A stretch of 64,000 bases of DNA from the IMG/VR virus record IMGVR_UViG_3300050821_006652, one strand, 5' to 3'. Shown here in pieces: positions 57,453-64,000 of this stretch (position 1 is its first letter; every line of letters starts with the position of its first letter). A model generated the notes under the pieces. That model saw only the letters and a program-made list of their open reading frames with translations, was not told where the DNA came from and searched no databases. The position numbers and the translations under genes are program-made. The stretch is from an uncultured virus (IMG/VR IMGVR_UViG_3300050821_006652). Taxonomy: Duplodnaviria; Heunggongvirae; Uroviricota; Caudoviricetes.

Positions 57453-58205
57453 TTATCGTTCGGAATAAAAGCCGTGCAAGAGTTCGAGCGTGCCGTGATT
57501 CGTCGTGTTCGGGCTATACCACAACATCGGGTCGCCAGCCGAGTGAGCCTCCACCGCGCCGGTAAACGGCGAGTCATACAGCAACTCCCGCACGCCAGTA
57601 GCGGCCGTCGTGTCGATGGACGGGTGGACCTGACCATCGAACGGGTTCACGTCGGCAGGCTCGCCCATGAGGTACAGCAGAGCGCCCTTGAGGATGCCCG
57701 GAGGCGAAGCGCCGCTCGCCGTGGGAATCGCTGCTACGGTCAGAGAAATCGGCGGACCAGCACTCACGGCGGTCACGATTGCCGCCCACCATGAACCATC
57801 GGCCAACTGGACCACGATGTAATCGTTCGAGTCGATGGGGTTGTCCGCCGACTGCGCCGGGGGAGGCCCGTACTTGTAGTTCGTGCTGTAGAGTCCTGGG
57901 TCGTCCGCTATGGTGATTGCCGTAGCGCCAGCCACCACAGCCGCGTTGACCAGCGTGAAGTTGAGTGGCCGCATGATGGTCAGCAGATGCGCCGTGGCCG
58001 TCGGCGTGTAGGCCATCTTTGTGACGTGAGCGCGGCCCTGGCCGCGTTCCTTGTTGCTGCCGAGAGCGCCGAGGGTCCACGATTGCTTCGGTCCGCCCGC
58101 TCCGCCGCGAAACGGCGGGATGACGGCGAACGCCGGCGTTGCGTCCACGCCGAGGATGCGCGGCAGGGAGAACGTGCCGAGGATCGGAAAGCCAGCATCG
58201 TACAT
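57453..58205 (-). CDS. virion-associated hypothetical protein
   Basis: position in the head module. Confidence 0.55.
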   Translation of the reverse strand: MYDAGFPILGTFSLPRILGVDATPAFAVIPPFRGGAGGPKQSWTLGALGSNKERGQGRAHVTKMAYTPTATAHLLTIMRPLNFTLVNAAVVAGATAITIADDPGLYSTNYKYGPPPAQSADNPIDSNDYIVVQLADGSWWAAIVTAVSAGPPISLTVAAIPTASGASPPGILKGALLYLMGEPADVNPFDGQVHPSIDTTAATGVRELLYDSPFTGAVEAHSAGDPMLWYSPNTTNHGTLELLHGFYSER

Positions 58206-58235
58206 GAGTCAACCCCTTTGGGTCAGAGATCGAGT

Positions 58236-59651
58236 TTACGCCGTCTTCTTCTTCGCCTTCATCACCGCTTCGACCGCCTGATTCCAGGTCATGCCCGGAT
58301 GCGATTCCTGATACTGGATGATCGGCATCACGTCGTCTTCCTGCACCTGCCCGTTGAGGGCCGCGACTTCGGGAGCCGCTTCGGGATGGAACGCCTGATA
58401 CTGCTCGACCATCTCCGTATCGGGAGCAATGCCGAGGGCCTGATTCGGGATGATCCGCGCCCCACCGACGCTGCCGAGGGCGGCGTTGACAGGCCCCTTC
58501 GGATACTTCGTTTCGATGCGGTGGTAGAGCTTCTTGAACGCGGCTTGCGTGATCGGGCGTCCGCTCTCGTCCTTGCAGTCGGCCAGTTCTTCCGGCACGT
58601 TGACCTGGATGCCGAGCGAGAGAAGGTGGTTCAGATCGCGCTCGTACTGCGCCATGAGCGTGGCGTCCTGGCTGACCTGCACGTTGCCGTGCAGTTGCGT
58701 CACCGTAGCCTTGAGGGATTCATTCTCCCGCTGGTATTGCGAGAGCAAAGTCTCCATGCGGTTCAGCCGCAACCGCGTATCTTCGTCGGCGGGAGCTGGA
58801 ACGACTGCCGGGACAACCGGCGCGGGTGCCGGGGTGACGACCGGGGCGGTTTCGGGAGTGGTTCGTTGCATGTGGGTATGCTCCGGCTTGTGTTCGGGCT
58901 TGTGTTCCGCAGTATTCGTCGCCGACGGCGCGGCCAAGGCGGACTCGGCGTGATGCTCCTTGGCAAGAGCCGGATAGCACTCTGCGAAGCAGCGCATGAA
59001 CATCGACTTGAACTGTTCGTACAGGGCCGGGTCGGGAACGGGAGCAACAGGATCGGCCGGTGTCTGTGTCGGGTCCATTTGAAAGCTCTCCGAGTAAAAT
59101 CTCAACCAGGGGCATTCTCCATAAAGCGTTAGCCCCAAATCAAGTTTCGGATCGGTTTTGAGAAGCGCCACCGCCGTTATCGCATCGTAGTGGTCCGGCG
59201 ATACCATCCCCGGCACCAACTCAGCGACCTTGGCCGAGATGAATTCGGGAGAGCGATAGGGATACTTCTTGGACTCTTCCCACATTCCGGGTAGGAAATA
59301 GCGGTCCATCAGGATTGCCGGAGTCCGCGCGGGGCCGAACGTGCCGATACGCGGGTTCCACAGGTAGCCAACGGTGTCAGGTTGCGCTTGCTGATTCGTG
59401 CGGACCAGTTCGAGGATGGTGTGGCCGAGGGTCATGCGAGGGAAGACAGCCGACTCGCGTCCTAGCTTGAGCAAGCGCTCGACCATGCGTTCGAGGCGGG
59501 CCACGTCGTACACGCTCTGGAATGGCTTCTTGTCGATGGGGTTGACTTCCTGCGCGACGTGCGGCTTCATGATGGGGATGGCATAGTCGATATGCTCCCA
59601 CATCTCAGGGCGCGTGAAGCGTTCCAGGAGGTCCAAGGTAGGATCAGACAT
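58236..59651 (-). CDS. prohead protease-scaffold protein (Mu I/Z-like)
   Basis: LGH, YPYRSPEF, TAVALL...P N-domain; coiled-coil C-domain. Confidence 0.7.
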   Translation of the reverse strand: MSDPTLDLLERFTRPEMWEHIDYAIPIMKPHVAQEVNPIDKKPFQSVYDVARLERMVERLLKLGRESAVFPRMTLGHTILELVRTNQQAQPDTVGYLWNPRIGTFGPARTPAILMDRYFLPGMWEESKKYPYRSPEFISAKVAELVPGMVSPDHYDAITAVALLKTDPKLDLGLTLYGECPWLRFYSESFQMDPTQTPADPVAPVPDPALYEQFKSMFMRCFAECYPALAKEHHAESALAAPSATNTAEHKPEHKPEHTHMQRTTPETAPVVTPAPAPVVPAVVPAPADEDTRLRLNRMETLLSQYQRENESLKATVTQLHGNVQVSQDATLMAQYERDLNHLLSLGIQVNVPEELADCKDESGRPITQAAFKKLYHRIETKYPKGPVNAALGSVGGARIIPNQALGIAPDTEMVEQYQAFHPEAAPEVAALNGQVQEDDVMPIIQYQESHPGMTWNQAVEAVMKAKKKTA

Positions 59652-59658
59652 GCCACCG

Positions 59659-59688
59659 ATTATGCGGAAATGCGGTGGGGGTAATCAA
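59659..59688 (-). promoter_or_regulatory. TTGATT-N18-CATAAT leaderless promoter
   Basis: ATG 7 nt after the -10 box. Confidence 0.65.
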
Positions 59689-59704
59689 ACTAACGGGAAG
59701 TGTT

Positions 59705-60052
59705 CTACATCAGCTTCACCGGCTCCATCACGTTGAAGTCCATCACCCGCAGGTGGAACGGCTTCTCTTCCGCCAGCGCCGCCTTCCAACTCGCAGCGTC
59801 CGTCACCACGATGTCGCACACCGGCACGAACCGCCCATCCGCCGTCTCAGCCACCCGGAAGCCACGCGCGTTGCCGAGGTCGATGTTCTTGTCCCGGTCC
59901 ACCAGCCACAAGGTCGTCGTGGCGTCACGCAGCACAGCGAGTAACCTCTGATCGGCGCAGAGTTCCACGGTGTAATTCAGGCGGTCGGGCAGGAAGAAGT
60001 TGCCACCTGTCGGCGGGTCCATTACCACGGCTTCGCTCTTTCTACGGGCCAT
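59705..60052 (-). CDS. hypothetical protein
   Basis: GAGG RBS. Confidence 0.55.
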   Translation of the reverse strand: MARRKSEAVVMDPPTGGNFFLPDRLNYTVELCADQRLLAVLRDATTTLWLVDRDKNIDLGNARGFRVAETADGRFVPVCDIVVTDAASWKAALAEEKPFHLRVMDFNVMEPVKLM

Positions 60053-60060
60053 TGGCAACC

Positions 60061-60318
60061 TCACGTTTTGATTTCAAACTCCAAGCCCTGAGTTTCGCTA
60101 ATCACGTTAGCGAGGTTGTCAACCTCTTTCAACAGATCGAAGGTAATCCACCGATTACTAAACAATCGTTTGAGGGCCTGGAAAGACTCAGGCGACAAGA
60201 CGAAGCCGCCATTTTCCAGACGGCCATATTTATCGGGCAGCAATACCGCCCTCAACACGTCGGCCACTCGATCACCCCCTAACTCCCGGTCCTGTCCGGG
60301 CGGACACACGATGGTCAC
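60061..60318 (-). CDS. hypothetical protein
   Basis: GTGA coupling. Confidence 0.45.
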   Translation of the reverse strand: MTIVCPPGQDRELGGDRVADVLRAVLLPDKYGRLENGGFVLSPESFQALKRLFSNRWITFDLLKEVDNLANVISETQGLEFEIKT

Positions 60319-60500
60319 GGCTTCCTCGCTCGAATCATTTCGGCTGCGACGTAGCCTCCGATTCCTTCGGCCAGTTTGGCGCACGCTTCCCGCTCTTCAG
60401 CGACGGCGAGGCGAATGACGTTGGCGATTTCTCCCAGAGCTGGCCACATGTCGCCTTCGCTATGTACCTGGTTTTCCCATTCTTCAGGCGTCATTGTCAT
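60315..60500 (-). CDS. hypothetical protein
   Basis: AVAEEREACAKLAE motif common in phages. Confidence 0.55.
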   Translation of the reverse strand: MTMTPEEWENQVHSEGDMWPALGEIANVIRLAVAEEREACAKLAEGIGGYVAAEMIRARKP

Positions 60501-61153
60501 CCCTTGTAGCTGCTCGGCGGCGGTTTGACCCCACGGGCATACATCCCCGTCGCCCCAGTCCCCGGCCGCTTCTTGAGCACCTTCTGCATCTTAGCCGATA
60601 TGCGGAATGGCGTCCCGCTGAATCTGTCCGGCGCAGGCGGAAGCGTCTCTGCCCCACCGCCCACCTTGCGATAGTTAAAGTGTATGCCGCTCTCGGAACG
60701 CGGGTCGCCCAGCACATACCAGCGAAATTGGCCAGGCGAATGCGTTTGCAAAAACTCCATGAACACCGACCCCGGAACCTCATCATACTCGTATACCGAG
60801 CCATCTTTGAACCTTACTTGCAGCTTTTTGGACGGCTTATGATACCGGATAGCGTCAACGTTGCTCGACACCAGATGGTGCCACGGCTCATGCTCGACAT
60901 CGGGGAACTCGTATTCCTTCTCGACCTCAGCAACCATTTTGTCGAAGATTTCTTGCGACCGATCACGCGGCGGCGGCTTCGCCCGTGGATGTTCCAACTC
61001 GGCCAGGTTCCGCAGCGTTTCAGGACGCATCTGCCGTTCGAGCGTTTCCCGCACCCCGGCCTTGCGCCTGTTCACGCGACCCATCAGGTCGTCGGCACGC
61101 TTCTTCGCCGCCGCCTTGCTGCCACCGTAGAGCCACGAGAACCAGCTTGCCAT
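60497..61153 (-). CDS. KTSC domain protein
   Basis: VSSNVDAIRY...LQVRFKDGSVYEYDEVP..VF..FL...SPG.F. Confidence 0.8.
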   Translation of the reverse strand: MASWFSWLYGGSKAAAKKRADDLMGRVNRRKAGVRETLERQMRPETLRNLAELEHPRAKPPPRDRSQEIFDKMVAEVEKEYEFPDVEHEPWHHLVSSNVDAIRYHKPSKKLQVRFKDGSVYEYDEVPGSVFMEFLQTHSPGQFRWYVLGDPRSESGIHFNYRKVGGGAETLPPAPDRFSGTPFRISAKMQKVLKKRPGTGATGMYARGVKPPPSSYKG

Positions 61154-61161
61154 ACGTCACC

Positions 61162-63546
61162 TCACTTCGCCAATGCCCTGATCGTTGACAGCGTGCCCGT
61201 CCCCACTTCACGCCTCAAATCGGGATACCGGTCGAGCACGTTCACAAGGTGCCGGTACAACGCCACCGCCTCTGGCATGTTGATCCGCTTCAACCGCTCC
61301 AAGAACTGCGTCAAATCCAGCGAATACAATTCCGGCGACACCAGATGCCGGTACAGGATGCCACCCTCTCCGAACGGCACGTCCCGCGCGTGTACCGCCA
61401 GGGCCATCAACGCCCGGCTGTAGTGCATCGTTTGTTGCTCGGCCGGATGCCCGGTGCCGCTCCCGACGATCCACTTCTTGAATAGTTCAATCGGCATCGC
61501 CTTGATGCCGCCGAATCCTTTCCAGCCCGGCGAGTAATTCGCATGGTAAGCATCCTTCGCCTCTTCCTCAGAAACGAAGCCGATCATGCACTTGTGCTCA
61601 TCGAAACTACCATCCGCTTTCATTTGGTCGATGATGAAGACGAGTTCACTTTCAGGAGTCGGCCCAAGGAACACATCGACGTGATCTCCGTCGGCATCGC
61701 TCTCGGTACTTTTGATGTAACCGTAGTGATTGGCCATCGTCACCGACCACTCTTTGCCGGCCTTGCTCTTGCCGCTCCGCGTGCTGCCCTTGGGATTCTC
61801 GATGGAGATATTCAGGCCATGCAAGGTGACGTGGCCCTTGCGATAGTTGCCGGACTTCTTTTGTTCTTCGCTGGGATTCGTTTCGGTATCCTTCGCAGCG
61901 GCGGCAATGGCATCGGCGTAATCGCGGCTGTAATTCTGCAAGGCCGGTTCCTCTTCCTCTTCGGCAGCGTCGGGAGGGTTTTGTGAACCTTGTGAACCAT
62001 CTGGTTTTTCATTGCCAGGTGGGAAGCCGGGTTTCTGCCCCGGCATCGGCTCCGGCCCCTTCTTCAGCACCGCGTCACCCTCCATCGGCTTCGTGAACCC
62101 GATAGCGTCGATAACCTCATCCTCAAGCAGGCCAGCCCCCATCTCCCACGCCGCCTTCGCCGCCTGCATCTTGTTCTCAGCCTTCTGCCGCTCCACCCCA
62201 AACCGGAAATACGCCGGGATCTCCTCATACTCCGGGTAGGTGTACTTCTTGATCGTGTTCAATAGGTCGAACGTCACCGACTCGGCCAAGCTGAACGAAT
62301 CCGACTCGGTAATATCGTTCTTCGTCTCCGAGGCCAACTCCGCCCAAGCCGAACCGGAAATGAGGCCACCGCCCTTGCCCTTCGTGCCGCCGCTCATGGT
62401 CTGCCCGACGATGTACCGCTCGTGCCACTTCTCCACATACTCGATCAGCCGCAGGATCAACTCCGGACCAGTGCCCCCAGGCTCGCGCCAGTCCATATCC
62501 TCCTGCACACCGCCCCGCTCGTCCGTGTATCGCGGAATGAGGATATTCGTGCGGTGGATGTTGGCCTTCGCCGCCGCCTCCACCGCCTTCTGACTCGCCG
62601 GATTGCCCGCGTTGTAATACCACACCCGCACCCCGATACCAGCCCGCTCCACCCAGTCCGTCACGTTGCTGATCCACTCCCTCTTGAGATAGTCCAGGAA
62701 GTAGATGAACGACCTGATGCCGCAGCCGTGAATCGAATCCGCCTCCATCGGTGAGTAAAAGTCCGCGTCCTGAATCCCCTCCATGAACTCGTGGATCATG
62801 AACTGCTCGCGCATCCACCCGCGCAGAGGCGCGGCCCGCCCCAGCGTGGCCCACTCTTGCGGCAGTCCCGGAGGTAACTGGTTGTCGTAAGCCCCCGTCA
62901 CCAGCACGTAGGGCTCGCCATCGTAGGAGTGCCCGATCTTATCGCCGTTGATTGACATGTGCCCGTCATCGTGGTCTTCACGCTTGACGATCAGGCACTT
63001 CCGCCGCTGCTTTGGCTTCGACATCGGGTTGTCTTTGAGCATCGGATTCATCATGACGCGCAGCTTCGAAGCTGGGGCGGGCATATCCATCTCTTTCCAC
63101 GCGAACCGGAATTGCGTCCCCATCCTCCCATACCAGACCGCATCCGACGCGCACCACAAGAGCTTGCGGAACCGAGAGATCATCCCCACGATCTTCGTCA
63201 GCCCTTCCTTGAGCGCCATCTCATGCGGGTCTTTCTCGTTCTCCACTTCGATGTGCCAGGGCAGGATTGTCACGGCCCGACGTCGCTCGTTGATGAGGCA
63301 CATGAGCGACGAATCCCGCCGCATGGCCATCGCATCCTCACGCGAGTGCCGCATGGCCGTGTCGTGCTTCTCGTGCCAGAACTTCCGCCAGGCTGAACCC
63401 ACCAGCGCGGAGAATTGGATTACCTTGGGGACCGCATAGCCGTCGAACTTGCCGCCGAGGGGGAAGGGATTGCCCGAGGGGTCGAGGATGGTGCCCTGCG
63501 GGTATTGCGAGGCCGTGCCGTTCATTGAGAAGCGAGATGGTGCCAT
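61162..63546 (-). CDS. portal protein (Mu gp29/DUF935-like) fused to a C-terminal inorganic pyrophosphatase-like domain
   Basis: DAVWYG, G.G, W..WVER.G, IVGQT portal motifs; GNYRKGH...IENPKGS.RSG...HYGYI...DGDHVDVFLGP...FDEHKCMIGF. Confidence 0.8.
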   Translation of the reverse strand: MAPSRFSMNGTASQYPQGTILDPSGNPFPLGGKFDGYAVPKVIQFSALVGSAWRKFWHEKHDTAMRHSREDAMAMRRDSSLMCLINERRRAVTILPWHIEVENEKDPHEMALKEGLTKIVGMISRFRKLLWCASDAVWYGRMGTQFRFAWKEMDMPAPASKLRVMMNPMLKDNPMSKPKQRRKCLIVKREDHDDGHMSINGDKIGHSYDGEPYVLVTGAYDNQLPPGLPQEWATLGRAAPLRGWMREQFMIHEFMEGIQDADFYSPMEADSIHGCGIRSFIYFLDYLKREWISNVTDWVERAGIGVRVWYYNAGNPASQKAVEAAAKANIHRTNILIPRYTDERGGVQEDMDWREPGGTGPELILRLIEYVEKWHERYIVGQTMSGGTKGKGGGLISGSAWAELASETKNDITESDSFSLAESVTFDLLNTIKKYTYPEYEEIPAYFRFGVERQKAENKMQAAKAAWEMGAGLLEDEVIDAIGFTKPMEGDAVLKKGPEPMPGQKPGFPPGNEKPDGSQGSQNPPDAAEEEEEPALQNYSRDYADAIAAAAKDTETNPSEEQKKSGNYRKGHVTLHGLNISIENPKGSTRSGKSKAGKEWSVTMANHYGYIKSTESDADGDHVDVFLGPTPESELVFIIDQMKADGSFDEHKCMIGFVSEEEAKDAYHANYSPGWKGFGGIKAMPIELFKKWIVGSGTGHPAEQQTMHYSRALMALAVHARDVPFGEGGILYRHLVSPELYSLDLTQFLERLKRINMPEAVALYRHLVNVLDRYPDLRREVGTGTLSTIRALAK

Positions 63547-63553
63547 TCTGCCG

Positions 63554-63583
63554 ATGGTAGCGGAATGGGGAGGGGGTAATCAA
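63554..63583 (-). promoter_or_regulatory. TTGATT-N18-TACCAT leaderless promoter
   Basis: near-copy of 59659-59688; ATG 7 nt after the -10 box. Confidence 0.65.
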
Positions 63584-63585
63584 AC

Positions 63586-63915
63586 TCAGGCCAGAGGAGG
63601 CCGCTCACGCCAGCCGGAAGGCGGTTCTGCTTCCGGTTCGGTCATTTCCACAATCTTCTTGCTGGCCACCAAGAGGGCGTGACGGATTTCCTTGTCCCTG
63701 GCAACACACTCAAAGCAAGTCTTTTCGCCGCAGGCGCAGACGTTGGCAGGCGCGACGGTTTCCATCGAACCATCCGGCCACACCGTTACGGCTGGACCGC
63801 CTTCCTTGGCCAATGACTTTTCGGGACGACTCGTCATGACTTTTGACCGTTCCATAGCCTTTTCCACCGCTCCACATTCGCAGGGACAAGTACAGGCATT
63901 GGAAGGGTCAACCAA
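63586..63915 (-). CDS. Cys-rich hypothetical protein
   Basis: ORF at the window edge, start uncertain. Confidence 0.45.
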   Translation of the reverse strand: MVDPSNACTCPCECGAVEKAMERSKVMTSRPEKSLAKEGGPAVTVWPDGSMETVAPANVCACGEKTCFECVARDKEIRHALLVASKKIVEMTEPEAEPPSGWRERPPLA

Positions 63916-64000
63916 ACCATTAAGGGTATCGAGAGCGGTATCGAGATTCTTGGCCTGTACACTAATCCGCCTTGCCGCCTGTTCCCACCAAGGCGGATCG

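Noticed and set aside
1..64000. Genome-wide stop-codon reassignment
   Set aside because: Genes are intact under code 11, and TAG, TGA and TAA all end tightly coupled genes
1..64000. Integrase, att sites, terminase, IS elements
   Set aside because: No recognisable motifs; terminase probably lies beyond the right edge, so lifestyle cannot be determined

Overview
The whole window reads as part of a tailed dsDNA phage genome, probably a long-tailed phage or prophage of a Planctomycetota host. The host call rests on a TIGR03067-like lipoprotein and planctomycete-style secreted CxxCH proteins. Layout: (1) 1-12860, + strand DNA metabolism cluster with a Gp37Gp68/DUF5131 protein, ParB-like protein, two SF2 helicases, an amino-MTase, HNH-like, RusA-like and UDG-like genes. 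(2) 12923-17093, - strand cassette built around an intact S53 (sedolisin/kumamolisin) protease. (3) 17285-21224, + strand small genes, an XRE HTH and a ~570-nt promoter-driven, hairpin-dense non-coding region. (4) 21205-33475, - strand accessory operon with a C39-like peptidase, DUF6527-like pair, two secreted heme-motif proteins, DksA/TraR finger, PAPS-reductase-like protein, acyl carrier protein and TrpF-like barrel, interspersed with tRNA-like and other structured RNAs. (5) 33558-63915, - strand virion operon: portal fused to an inorganic-pyrophosphatase-like domain, KTSC protein, protease/scaffold, capsid, adaptor, tail tube, -1 frameshifted chaperone, tape-measure-slot protein, tail and fiber proteins, ending in membrane proteins and a lone response-regulator receiver. 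No terminase, integrase, recognisable endolysin, CRISPR array or canonical tRNA was seen. All family names come from motif recognition by eye, not database searches.
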